This document shows positions 11,441 through 25,500 of a DNA stretch of 64,000 nucleotides, in pieces. The stretch comes from Microthyrium microscopicum (lineage: Eukaryota). Where the stretch lies: assembly GCA_010405405.1 (NCBI GenBank), contig MU004242.1, forward strand, positions 407,751-471,750. The letters run 5' to 3'. Position numbers and translations under genes: made by a program. A model generated the notes under the pieces. It did not search any database. It was given only the letters and a program-made list of their open reading frames with translations, and was not told the origin of the DNA. The first letter of the stretch is position 1, and every line of letters starts with the position of its first letter.

Positions 11441-14400
11441 ATGTCCAAGCCAGAATCCAAACCGCCGGCCAACACGGATGGTCCCACCAATAGTGCAGCC
11501 GGCTATCTGGCATCATTCTCTCCATGGGCCGCCAGCTCACGAAGTACGACACCTCGGCCAGGAACTTCATCTGGTACGCCAAAAGAAGGCGAACCCAAAA
11601 CTGAGGAATCACCGCTATCCGAAGCACGTGGAAAAGACCATAGAGTTAGCAAGATTTACCGGCTTTCCAGGCGTGAATATCCCAGTGATTGTCCCCCACT
11701 AGTCGCACAATGGTACCATGCGGTGGATGTGCCCAAGCGAAAGCCCTTCTCGAATTCTTCCAACCCCAAGGCGGCGGATCCTGCAAAGCCTGAACCGGTA
11801 CCCAAGAAATACGTGCCTTTCTCGTCTAGTGATTCACGGGCAATTGAATCCGGCTATCAGAAATTAGCAACGGAGCGCCAGAAGGACAGGAATCGACTTT
11901 CTGGAGTAGAAAGACCTGTCAGCGCTGGTGGAGATATCGGCGACATTAATCCAGTTAACAAAACACTCAATGAAGATCATCCTGCAACTGCGCAAGATAG
12001 TGTGCGAATACCTGTGAATGAAGATTATCTTTTTGACGTGGACATTGAAAGACGAGAACTAGCTCCAGCGTACTGGCTTGGGCCTGTGTACGATGTAAGA
12101 CGCGGAACTTGGTTCTCTCTAGGTATGTAATATGCTTATTTCATTTGAAAGTAGGTCCAACAACTAACAATCTGAAGAAAGCGGTGCGTTGAAGCCGTTG
12201 GAGGAAAACCTCGCCAATCAACTAGAAGATGGCTACTTGAAAACTCAGCCTTGGAAATTTCCCAGCCAAAGAACACGATCATCATCGCAACCTCGAGGCC
12301 GTGCAGATACTCTGCGAAAAGATGAACCAAGAAGTAGTTCGGTCAAAGCACCCTCCAGGCCTGAGACCCCTGATCCAAAGGAGTCTATAGATATCACCCT
12401 TCAAAGAGCGCCGGAAGACAAGCCTGCGGACGCTCAAGCGCAATCAGCCCTTCAACATAATCTTCGAAATTTTCGCCTCTTTGGCACGTATATGAATTCC
12501 GTTGTCACATACGAGGATTCCAGTACTGCATACATAGGCTCAGATGATCTCATTACCCGAATGAGCAGTACAATGTACGAGCGATTTGCTGGTGGAGCCC
12601 ACTTTGCCGGCGTCAAAGTCGTTAGGGGTTTTCAAGATCTTTCCAGCAAGACTGCTTCTACCACTGAGGACAAGACTGAAAGTACCGCTTCAACAGCGGA
12701 AGTGGAAAAGGACATAACCGAGTCCGATGCAGCGAAGAAGTCTGAAGATGAGAAAGATGAGGACGATATCACGGAGATGGCAGGTGGTAATCCTCGTCGC
12801 TCCAAGCGCGAGACACCTCGTCAAGCACTTGAGCGTCAAATGTCCAGTCTGGTAACTGGGCTTGCTCCAGCAGAAGAAGCAGAAGAAGTGCGCAAAAGAG
12901 ATGAACAAGAAATCCGAGATGACTATAACGAGCAAGACGGAAATGAGCAAGGCCGTGAGATCGAACACTTGATCTTGATTACTCATGGCATTGGACAACG
13001 ACTTGGATTGCGACTCGAAAGCATCAACTTTATTCACGATGTCAACACGCTGCGAAAAACCATGAAATCGGTCTACAACGACTCAGCAGATTTACAAGCT
13101 CTCAATGGAGAACGCGACCAAGAAACCAAGAACTGCAGAATCCAATTACTACCGATTTGTTGGAGACATCTCCTCGACTTTCCTAAGCAAAGTTTGAAAC
13201 ACAATCGAGAAGAGCAAGATCTCGGAGACGCCATTGGCGTTCAAGACGATGAGTATCCTACTCTTGACGATATCACAGTCGAAGGTGTACCAGCAATCCG
13301 AAATCTGATCACAGATCTCGGGCTTGATATTCTGCTCTACCAAAGTCCTGTCTACAAGGCTCATATCTCCAAGATCGTACTTGGAGAATGTAATCGCATA
13401 TTCAAATTATTCAAAGAGCGAAATCCGACATTCCATGGCAAAGTCAGTCTACTCGGACACTCTTTGGGATCCGCCATTCTGTTCGACCTTCTTTGTAACC
13501 AAAAGATTGATGTTCCACAATCACCTTTCTTCCCACGCTCACGTACACCGGCTGATAAGGAAGAATTGAATCTCCAATTTGAGTTCGACGTAGAAGACTT
13601 TTACGCTTTCGGCTCACCTATTGGGCTATTTCAAATGCTTAAGGGGCGTACGATAGCCGCACGACAGACCCCAAATGTCAAGCCTGCTCAAACCCCATAT
13701 GGAGGACCGCAATTCGATCCTTTTGCCAATTACATCGAAATCACCACGTCTTCACCAAAGTGTCGTCAAATCTTCAATGTATTCCACCCCGCTGATCCTA
13801 TTGCGTATCGTATGGAACCGTTGATTTCTCCTGCCATGGCATCAATGAAGCCACAGGCTCTTCCATACACAAAGAAGGGATTGTTTGGAGCTCCAGTTGG
13901 CCAAGGATTCTCCAGCATTGGCGCAAGAGTCAACCAAAGCATTTCAAGTTATTGGGGCAGCTTTAGCACAAGCATCGCAAACAATCTACTCAACCGCAGT
14001 CTGGGCATATCGAATGAAGAAGCAAGTCTACTAGGCAATCCCATGTCTCACAAAGCAATGAAGCCTTCACTACCACCACCAGCTCAGCCCGCCATGCAAT
14101 CGGAGAGCGCACTTACACAGCCTTCAATTGCAACCACTGCCTCTGCTCCCCTGACCGTTGATGACGCTAAGCGAATGGTGGCTCAGGGATCAGAAGCACT
14201 AGAGACAAGTGAAGAGGGTCAGAATCCTCCCACTTTGCTCAATACAAACCTGGAGACACTCTTCACTGGCTTTCAGAAACAGCAGGCTACACCAGAGAGC
14301 ACACCGATTGAGAAAATGGGGGATGAAGAGAAGGAGGAAGCGCTGAAGAAGGAGCAGAAGCTTCAGCGGGAAGAGATCAAGGTCCGCGCTCTCAACAAGA

Positions 14401-14643
14401 ATGGTAGGGTGGACTATAACATTCAAGAGTACGTTCAATTTCGCTTCCGATGATACACATAAGACTTGCAGCTAACAAAATCACAGGGGCGCCTTTGACA
14501 TTTCACTGCTGGCTTCAATTGCCAGTCACCTATCATATTGGGGTGATGAAGACGTTAGCCATTTCATGGTTTCGCAGCTTCTTTCTCGCCAACGTGTTGT
14601 TAAAGGCTCATCTAAGGCTGCTTCGCCAATGGATCCTCGATGA
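11441..14643 (+). CDS. DDHD-domain intracellular phospholipase A1 (yeast Ddl1-like), 3 exons
   Basis: Exons 11441-12122, 12178-14428, 14487-14643. THGIGQ, lipase GHSLG motif, NVFHPADPIAYRMEP, terminal ASHLSYWGDEDVSHF. Confidence 0.92.
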
Positions 14644-17600
14644 GGTGTGCGAGTCAAGTTGGGTAGCTGGGAACGCTTCAAAAGCTACGAGAGGTTGGTC
14701 ACTGTCACGCAATTATGCAATAAACGACGAACTCAAGCTGTTATCGGCATGCAATCATAATGTAGCGTTGTAATCTAGTATTCCTCACTCGTCAAAAACC
14801 ACGGATAAGATAGATAGATACAACAGGTATTAGATTCAAGGATTTCCAACTGGCAGTAATCGTTAGACATGCTTGCTAGCATGTCAGGCTTGCTAGTCTA
14901 CTCAGAACCACTGCACATTGCAACTCCATATCGTCAACAACGGTACTTGAACGGTGTACCGGGCATCAATACCCCGAGATCCAGGTATGAGTCCAGAAGC
15001 AGCAGTCACAGGTTCAACCTGCTATGCCAACTCATCAAACAAGGCTCACAAGCGCAACCACGCGAGCAAGATATAATTATCCACAAGACCCAACCTCACG
15101 GGTCGCCATCCCTCTACGATCCTCGCCTAAACACTGGAGCCACTAACGATACCAACTCGAATGCAAGTCTCCAACTCGTGACCTGTATTCATGCCAGTCA
15201 CTGCCCTGCCAATGTTCCAAACCATCACCAACCACAGTCCGCTTACGCGCCTACAACTAACAGACGAAGCAAATGATAGATGAAGGTCCACCAAAACCTT
15301 TAAGCAACCAGGTGGCACCAATGCGCAGTCTACCTTCGCTGTTGGATCTGGCAGATGATCGTGCAGCTTGCATCAGAACGAACTCTAGGTATGTATGTAG
15401 GCAGGCAGTGTACCTGGCCGCATCCTCTAAAGTCCGCCTAGCAGAACTGCATCGTGGTGTTCACACCCCTTTTCCAGTACTGATGGGCAAAGGAAGCGAT
15501 GCATCATGTACGGCGCGGATGGCTAGAGTATGCTTATGCTTGGAGTGCTTACAGAAAAAAATCTCCGGGTGCTTACCTGCCTTGCACTTGCAGAGAAAGG
15601 TGGCGAGATGTACAGCATATCGTTTTCTTCTACATAAATCGAGCTACATAAACTACTAACTGGGCGGCGCGGTTGGGCACGAGGGCTGTAGTCTTGCGCT
15701 GCGCTTCGCTGCATCGCTTGAACTTGCATTGTTGGCGCCAAATGTTCTGTTGGTCTTGGTTGCCGGGACCGAGCCGCGTTGGTACGGCGCAAGGCTGGGT
15801 TGCTTGTGGGCAGGGACTTAAGGTGGCAGGACAAATATATCGCGATTCGCTAACATCACGACATGTCAAGATGGTCACGAAGTAGCTAATGAGAATGATA
15901 CGTGGGGAGATGCTGGCCCCCAATGATTCGACATCCCAAGGACGATCTTAACTGACGTTTTGTTCTTTGGATGGATCTTCTGCCTACGTTTTCTGACAGC
16001 TCTCACTCCAGTACGCAAGGAGAGCCAGTCAGACATTTGGAGCAGCCGCGTTGGGATTTGATTTGCGCCAGGAGGTTGGAAAGGGTTGTTGGAGGAGGCT
16101 GGATGAGGAAGGTGGTGGTAGCCTTGGCCAAAAGCCCACTTTGATATCGCACTTCTTTTTCGTTAGAGAGTCTTGAAAGAGCTTGAATTAAGGGATATCA
16201 TCATATCACGACAAATGAAGACATGTCGCGAAACGCTGGTTTCTCCTGTGAATGCAGTACTCCGCACGACCACATGGATTTGTATCTCTCCCCTTCCTTC
16301 GGCCTTATTATTTTCATCCACCGCTGGACCTGTCTACGTTTGCCTAAAAAAAATCTAGATAGCAATACGATAGGAAGATACGGCTAAGCATCCCCAAGTG
16401 GCAAGGAAAAACGGATGCATGCAGGAAAAGCCCTAAAGACGCAGCTTCCTGGGTCTGCGCGGCCATGCTCATGAGCCGCCCGCCACTGCATCTGCTGGGG
16501 TGAAAAAGAAAGGCCTGGAAAGAAGTTGAACCAGACATGGACAGATACAGAATGGCGGTGAAGGACAGCCAGAAGGGGAAGAATTCGCGAGTTTGTCTGC
16601 TGGCGGAGCGGAAGAGTGGAGTGCGGGCGGAAGAGCGTTTCGAGTTAGTAACCGACTTGCAACCCATAGGATTGGACAAGTGTGGTACGCGGTAACTCAC
16701 AAAACGTGTAATTTTTAACGCGAGAGCAGGGCCTTGGTGTTGATGCGTGCGAAAAAAGAAGATATCCTGGGATCAAAGGCCTTGCGGGGACGCACAACGG
16801 ATGCGCTTTCAAGGCCGGCTGGCATCGATAACCAACCATGTCGGCAGCCTGTCTCGCTCGTCTTCCCACACGATGCATGGCAATGCAGGCGATGCAGGCA
16901 GTCTTTTGCAAGGTGGATCATCGTGGATGCAGTGCTGGGACGGTTGGTCCACTACGTGGCCGTTGCCAACTGGCCCGATGCTCTGCTCCTCGACTCCTAG
17001 TGATGCTTAGTCGACCATACACCTTGCGGCCTAGAGACGAAGTGATCCAGTTACAATTCTCCGGCTTTGAAGCTCGTGAGCTCTAGAGGACCTGATTGTT
17101 TCGTATTTTGGTCCACTATCCGCATCTGGTCAAGTGGTTGTGTAATCGTCTATAACTTTTGTACAAGTTTCCCTCGGCTGTGGACATCCACTGCTTGCCA
17201 ACCTCTAACTTCTAGTTACAGAGCTTTTGGAAATGTGATCAGAACATAGTCCACTTTGTCATTACTGCGTTATGGTCTTAGCAACGCAAATGAGTAGTGT
17301 ACTAGCTGCCAGTGATATGATGTGGTAAAGTTATTCGAATATGGCTTGAGTCGTCTGACAAACAACCACCACTCAATTGAATATCAAATGTCATATCTTG
17401 ACGACGAAATTCAGCCCTCAAGCCATGGCAGCGACTTGATGCGAACGATTGCTAAACTGTCATGGATATTTACGCACCCAAGGCGATCATGGCTGAGTCG
17501 TATCCGTCTCAGACGCGATCCCGCTGCACCGCGGCTTGGTGCTCGAATCGCATCTTGTTGTACGACAGCCGAGCTCCCTCGCAGCCAACAATTGCCGCTT

Positions 17601-19284
17601 TTCCACTGTGGAAATTCGACGACCGTTACTTACACTGGGACAAGGTATCAAATGATATGGTATTGACTGGCTCAAAATGAACGACAAAAGAACCTTAAAT
17701 GAAAGCACGGGCTCGTGGTCAGGATCAGAAGGGAGATCAGCAACGAGTTCTGATCATCAAGCTGACCGGTTGGGTCTGGACTGGCTGGTTGTGAGCTTTT
17801 CTCTTTCTCGTCGAGAACAATTCACAGTTGAACACCACCACCAGCCCCTCATCATTAGACGAGCCAACCAACCCAATCCACCCTCTTCTCAGGGTCCTTG
17901 TTCAAGAATTTATGAGGCTACGAGGCTTTTCTTCCCCACCGCGCTGATTCTTCAAGTTTCATGAGCTGGCGCGATTCCCGCACGGTGGCGCTCTTGCGAA
18001 AGCCCATGCCTCGCATATGCAACGTTCCGCACTTGCATGACCCAGCCATCCAATTACCGCCCCAAGCCATACTTTCCCATCCATGTCCTCAGCGGCGCCC
18101 GCTGCTGACTGGGTGCCACATGTCTGGGGGGCCGCGAGACGCAGGAACGCCACCCCAGCCCTAGACATTTTTGGCCTTGAGCAAGGGCGGTGGAAGGAAA
18201 AAAGTTGGCAAAGGCGTCTTGTCGTCGCCTTGCTTGTCTGCTGCTGCATGGCGGGTGAGGGCAGCGGGAAGATCTCGCAGTACTGCGGGCACTTGCGGAG
18301 GTGAGATATATGTAGATTTTTAGAGGCCTGTTCGTGAGAAACATGGTCGTTTTTGATATACGCAACTTGACAGCTGTCAAAGGAGTATCCCTTGCATGAT
18401 GAGGCTATTTGCTGTGAATATCAGCTCTCCCTTGCTTCAGCTTTTCATGTTTCCTACCACGTATTACTGGATGGCAAGTGCCGCGCTTCAGACCTGTTTT
18501 CTCGAGCTTTCATAGACTCTGTCTCTTTTCGCACCACCAAGCTTTACAAGGATGGGAAATGATCATTCATCTTAGTTTTGCGATGTGTACCCTCAGTGCG
18601 ACCACTTCTTCCGTGGATTCGATTTCCAGTGGCTCGGTTTTGCCCGATATTAGCTCTTCCGCTCGAGTACAAACCACTGGTTCGATGGCCAGTTTGTTCA
18701 ATGTTTCATTTCTTTAGTGTATTCCAAGCTTTCACTAAAGGCCAATCAATACGAAAATACTTGTAAACCGCAAGAACTTGAACTATCAGATGCTCAACGA
18801 TAGTTGATTCATGGATTGAGAAACCTGCTTTGAGTGTTCGGCCTGGTTTTCACAACTAAAAGTTGCGTTCGAAAGTTGCGTTGGTATTCATTCATAACAA
18901 TATCCAGCTATCAGTTATGGTTATGTACAGGTGAAGTCAAATCAGTCCCTTGCGTTGCTCTGGAGTCTGGACGTACTCGCGACGCTTAACTCTTACACAG
19001 TGATGAACATGAACTCCGCCACCTCAAATCCTATCTAATAACCAAGATACTAGTTGTATACCTCATGACATAATACTGTGTTATCAGGCAAAGATATCTC
19101 CGGAAGATTCCCTGCTTTAGTAGTCTAACGACTTACCGGTGTCCTTGCTTACCTTTGTCAAGGTAGATCATGTCTTGGATTGGCTAATTATATCTTGAGC
19201 TTCAAAGCCCTTGCGAACCATGTAACGTCTATATCAACTTTGAACCTGGCATATAACATGAACTCGACATGGATGACCAGTCAA

Positions 19285-19503
19285 TCACCAATACCATGGA
19301 TTCTTCGGGCCTTGTTCCGAATATTGGCGATCATGTAGCATGATCGACCGGTAATTGAGTGATTTACGTTCTTTCAAGGTGGAATGAAGCAGCTTTGAGG
19401 CATTGATTATGGCATGTAGTAAAGACAAGCTTGACAGCATTTCCGTCATCTGTAAAGGAATCACAAGAACATCGGATAACGTAGCTTCCGAAATACATAT
19501 CAC
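19285..19503 (-). pseudogene. Possible decayed F-box-like N-terminal fragment
   Basis: TLSDVLVIPLQMTEMLSSLSLLHAIINASKLLHSTLKERKSLNYRSI resembles fungal F-box-like N-termini. No ATG in the expected place and no open continuation. Confidence 0.3.
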
Positions 19504-22500
19504 TAATTATGTGTTTGTGTGAGCTGATTCTATCTTTAACTTAAAGTGACGAAACGCAGCACTCTTTCCGTTCAGCTTGTTATTTCGTTTGATACAAAAA
19601 TAGTACCTTATTAAACAAACAGAACATTCTAAATGCACAGGATTATATGAACAATGCAAAGCTATATTTTAGAGTTATGCACTAAGCCTGTAGTAACACG
19701 ATTGAAATTATATTAGTGATCTGCTTCGCAGCCGTTCTTCGCATCACTAAGTTCAATACTGGTAGATGTAGATAATTCCTGGGCAAATTAAAGCATAACC
19801 AAGGGTCAATATATGTATCTACTAAGCCCTGCGATGCGATGCGCGGTTAATCGCCTGCCCAAGCAGATGTACGCATCTAGGCTGGCTACAGAGTACATAA
19901 AGCACGAGGCGGCCTCGCTGCGGCGATGCTGCTGTGAACCGCACTCTATGCTGTGCTTGCTCTGTAACCATACCATGACGATGGAATCTGTACATCTCTA
20001 CACAAAGGCAAAACTCGAGATCAAGAGGAAAATTTCCTCTCGCCTGGGTCGTGCGACTTTACAATTGACCCTACACAAAGTTGTCTCTGTACGGGCCGAG
20101 ATTGCTGAGGCGTTTAAGAATAAAACTCCGGGGCTGGGTCAGTTTACGATCGGAAATCACATTGTTTGAGAGTGTTTGGCGGAATGGAAGCTTGTTCTCG
20201 AAGATCCACTCCGCAAGTCTTGTGCGAGGTCTCATCTCGCTCACATGTTTGAGAATCCATGCAGTGTGCAACGACTTGCTTGCTGCTAGGAAAACATCCC
20301 TTCCTTGATTTCCGTCGAATGTATCACTTTAGCCTGGGCGGAGGATTTTTGACTTCGGACCGAGTAGAGCAAAGTTGTCGCAAATACTGCAAGGTCATGA
20401 GTAAGGTGCTGTTTGTGGGGGAGGGCGCGGGTGCGTGGTTGCCAGATTTTTGCATCCTTCTTGGTTTCGAAACCTCTGCCCAAACTGCAACTCCATGACT
20501 CTCCTTACTTCGTACCTACATTGGCGCCGCATAGAGGTGCATTCTGGACTGATGATATTTCTGCGGGAGATGTTCGCCCAGGAGTTACTGCGTATCCGTT
20601 GATGCGCGCGCTCCTTCGGCGTACATGCGACCAGAGGCGAGATGCGCCAGACTAAGACAAGAGTTGCGTTTGGATTCTGCAAGATGTCGGCAGGGAATTG
20701 AGAGCGACAATCGCACGAATTAGAGGAAACTAAACAATGTGATGATTTTTGATTCGCTGCAGGTCCAAAAAGCGGTGTTCTATGGCTGATTGTGGATTCA
20801 ATGGTCATATTTTGACATGTTGTTTCGAGGAGAAGAAGTTGACAGATGAGACAGGATGTCAACTGAAAAACTTCAAAGCGTCTTTGACCGCCAAATCACT
20901 GACCAGGCTCGCCGAGATCGGCAAGCCGCAAAAGATAGCTATGTTTTGACCGTGAGCCTGGGTTGGCCTTTAAGTGAAAAAGCCTATTGCTTATGCATAT
21001 GCATGTCTCATATTCACACCTTACGCTTGGATTTCGAGGTTCCACACAAGTCACAGCAAACCGGGCAATTCAACGTCAATCTCAACTCCTCCAAATCATC
21101 GAAGAGATATTCCACAATATTGGCATACGAGATTGTCTAGCGAACGAAATGACCATTGGTAGAGCGATATAACAATTGTCTCTCATGGAGGCGCACCGAA
21201 ATCCTGATCGCGGTCTCGCTGCCATGAAAATGGTCCGGAAATGGTTTAGCTCGGCCAACACATCGTAGCACACCGCAAAACGCATCCAACCATTTCTTTT
21301 GCACCAGAATTTTGAGGAGACTATCTGTGCCACTCAAGGGACACATTGGCAGGGCGAACCGTCGGCTTCTAACTTCCTCCTTCCGACGTCCGCTTAATGG
21401 TGGAATATCAATCAACAACCTCAAGATAGCAGCACGTTCGAAGGTTCCAGGACTTCCACCTACAATGAATTGGAGCTAACCACTTACGCCCCATTGTGGT
21501 GAGCTGATATCGAAATGCTTTTTCCATGGATTGATATCGATCTTTACAATCATCTTGATGAACCAACCACGGTATCTGGAGAAGCGTGGGCTAAGGCGAG
21601 GGTGGTTGATGAACGAATCAACCGGTGCGGACCTTGATCAGATGTTGGTACTATCGTGTACAAGGCGTTCCATCGAGGCTTGCCAACGAAGATCCATCGT
21701 ATAGCTGGCCTTAGATGTTTTACGCAACAACCTTACTCCAATTTTAGAGAACTCTTTGTGCTTCTTTCATACATCGTAGATCAAAACTGCATTGCGGGAG
21801 GGTTCACTAAGAACGAGTGTACCAGTCACAATTCATGATAAGCCGAATATCCCGAGTAATTGGAAAGTGTGTTTTGGCGCCTCGCTTCTCTACCAGTATT
21901 GCTTTGTTATGTTATCGATATCTGACCGCTGCTAAACAGGTATCAATACCACATGACGAATAGACAAGCGCTACTCAAGCCAACCTATCATTATTACTTT
22001 TGCTAGGCGAAGCTTGAACTTTGTCAGTGGTGGCAGGCTTGGCCCTGACACAGCGATTGGCAGGGAAGAAGGTTTGGTTGAACTGCGTCACGACTTGCGC
22101 CGACCTCAGTCAAGATCTGAGAAAGCCAAAATCAAATCTATATTCGTTACTTCACACCATCATTTTCTCACAGCCCAGCGTCGTTCACTATCAAAAGATT
22201 CATGTGAATATTGAAGCATTGAACAATCAAGCGTCACGGACCAGGCTTGATTTCGGTCGACCCGGGTCCATGACCAAGTCCGTCCCCAGAAACGACTATG
22301 GCCCAATTCGGAATTGATGGCAAGTTACGAACGTCTCAGCAGGTTTTACAGTGACCAACGAGGGAGCGGAAGCTGGTCTGCACGGTTGAGCCTCTTCTCA
22401 TTCTTAATTAACAATGTTGCCAATTCGCCGGACCCAGCTCCGTGGGAGCGATGGCTTGATCATCCTGGTGACCAGCTATACCAGGCTTATCCTCGAGATT

Positions 22501-25500
22501 GAATCTCATGTCGGAGCAACGCAAGGCTAGGCAGTGGTTGGATGAGGTTGTAAAGCGGTTGAATTTGCTTGCTCCAGATCGTACAGTTTGATGAACAGAA
22601 AACGTGGCCCGAACACGGCTCCGCCACCAGCTCCGTCGTCGGTGGCGCTGGGTAATGTTGAACTTCATTCCCTTCAACCTTGTAGTCTTGGCTTGTACGG
22701 GTTCTCGCTTGTGTGCGTTTCGCAACTTGCCCTGTCCATGAGCACATCCATGCCAGTTGCGGAAGTTTGCGCCTACGCTTCAAACAATGTAAAGCCAGTG
22801 TTTAATGATCTATCTGTGGATAAGATGAGTTCGCATCATGCGGCAGTGTCCAGCCGTTCTAATTCGACATCAGTTCTACAGCTATAGTCTGTATAAACAA
22901 TTACTCCGCCCCAATACCAGCGCGTGCGATAGATGATAGCGGTCTATCAAATGGCCGGAATTCTGGTTTTGAACAAGTCTACAACCAGGACCCCCATGGC
23001 CACGGAGATGGATACGGTTCATGGCCCATCCTTGTTTCGTTGATCAAGCCCTGTCCATGTTCAATCGCGGGCTCTGCGGCAGTCTAGTCAGCCCAAAGGC
23101 AAGCAAGCATCGCGCCGACGCCTATTTTCTGACAACCAATCCAGTCTCTGAATCGACTGCTCTCCGCCACCCATCATCCCACCGCACACCCCGATTTGCC
23201 CGTCCCCTCTGGGCGCTGATGGCCTGGTGAGGGGGACTACGGAAAGAAGCGAGCAAAACTTCATTTCAAAATGTCATAGCGGGAGAGGTTCTGAGCATTC
23301 TACACGCTGGAATTACGGCAGATGTTTCTTGAGTGAAGGTGTGTAAAGTTGAAAACGCTCAAGCCTCAGTGGGGATCGTTCTTGAAGAGTCCAATTGAGT
23401 TGTGTAGAGCCACATTCGTCCTGATAATCTAATATTCTTATATCTCCCAATCCCAATTGTTAAACCAGCCTCTTTCTCTTTTTAGTAAGAGTCGTAGCTG
23501 CATCCTGTGGAGCCAACGGATCATCCGCCCTTTGCTTTCCACCTCGCGTTTTGCATATTCCACCTGCAGCAACCAACATGCTCCTCTGCCTTTAATCCTG
23601 AGACCTTGACAATACCAAGACAGTACCACTATCGAATTGATATTCGGACCATTTACATCTCTTCAAGCCCCAGTTCTGCTCATCTTCCAGCCTCAGCACC
23701 CATCCGTCCCGTGCCGCTGCAGTCATAGTTGATCCGGCTCCAACGGGTCTGCCCCAAGGAATATTAACCATTTCTTCATTGTGCCAGCAACTGCATCTAC
23801 TGCACCTCTACTGCATACCAAGCGATCGGAAGCACAGCAACAACAAGTACTACCAGTGACTACTGCGTTTCCAACCAACAGAAACTGCAGCAAAAGAGTG
23901 TTCACTTTGCGGCTTGTGCTGTCTTGAAGGTTTCGTTGGAAACACATTTTACAGCATTCTCTTGAATCTCTGTTCCTACACCCAACCCCTGGTCAGTTTT
24001 GCCTGCCTGCATCGCGGCACCCACTGCACCTCCAAACTGCCCATCTGCAACATTACCAGTCCCTGGCTAGTCGCGGGGCCTGTTACGCATCTCTGCTACT
24101 CAGGACCACATTCCCTCAGATCAGTTGTTACAGCTTCTTAGTCAGTCAGTTACCCCATCCTCTTACTCCCCGCGATAGCCATTGTGGAGAAGTGTCTTCG
24201 TATCGCAGACGTCACACCATCCCAGAGTCTATCCTGAAAAGAATCTGACACTGACAACTCTGCGGCAAAAAAGAGCCACGTTCAGCATCCGCGACGTAGA
24301 TTGTCCTGACTTGATCTCGGGAAAGAGTACGCAAAGTTGCAAGAGAACTGATCAAAAGGTCTGTGTGTTTTGCGGCAAGCATACTTGCGCTTCACATCTG
24401 CGCTGCCGGCTGCACACCTATCTCGCACGCACGCACGACGAGGCTTGCTGCAGAAGCAGTTCCGAACGCATTTATTTTGTTCTTCAGAGACGGACATCCT
24501 CTGTCGATCTTCCCTGGTACGTTGAACTCCTAGTCTACAAACGAGAAACAGTAGTCTTTTTATTTTGTTTCTTTATCCTTCCTCTTTTCGTGTAGACTTT
24601 CCTCTCTTTCACTCATCTCCTCCCACTCGAAATTGTCTAGAAGACAAGAAGAGAATTCAATCGATCGAACAGCACGCAAGCCCGTTGCTAACTATCCCTC
24701 GTTTCGCAGAGGTCTCCAAAGAACGAATTTCAGCCGATTGCATTACAGTGTTCTGTGAAGCAAACCACCAATCCAGTCTCAACATTCTTCTTGCCACTTG
24801 ACAAGTATAGAAACAATATCGTTTGGTATGTATAACAGTTTCTTTTATTGCATTAGCACCTTTCTCTCTATTCAATGCGAACCTGTCAATGCTATCAGCA
24901 ATTGTTGGCATTGACGTTGAATTCGATGTTGGCTTGTGCGGTGACACCAGCACACACCAAAGTCAATATCAATTTCTTTTCTTGCACACACAGACTCGAG
25001 TTGCGCGCACAGAGGCAGTTCCCTTGAAAAAACAAACAAAATGTAAACAAGCGGATGATGATCCCTTGATATATTCTATTCTTGTTCTTCAACGGGACCA
25101 GCCGAGACACATTTGTCCAGCCGCATATATTTTCTATTTTTCTGCCACCCCGCCACATATATACGAGAAACACCAAGCAAGCCAACCGTTCGCATCACGC
25201 ACTGTCAAGCCAGGAGTTTTTGCAAAGAAAAAGCGATGACCCAGTTGGTCAGCCTCTTTTTTTTTTAACTCCTTGCGCATCAGCATCGCAACGGCAGTGC
25301 AGTGGTTGCGGGCGGCTTGCTGTCTACAGGTGATGGTTCTCCCAGACCCTGCGTGGTTCTTTCTCTGGATCCAGCGATCAGAGATGAATGTGCAGCTCGC
25401 GTATCGGCTTGCATACTATCAAGCAAGCAGCAAAGCAAGCCAAACAAGGCAAACTATGTAACCAGTGATGTGGGAATATCAGAAAGAACTATCATTTATA

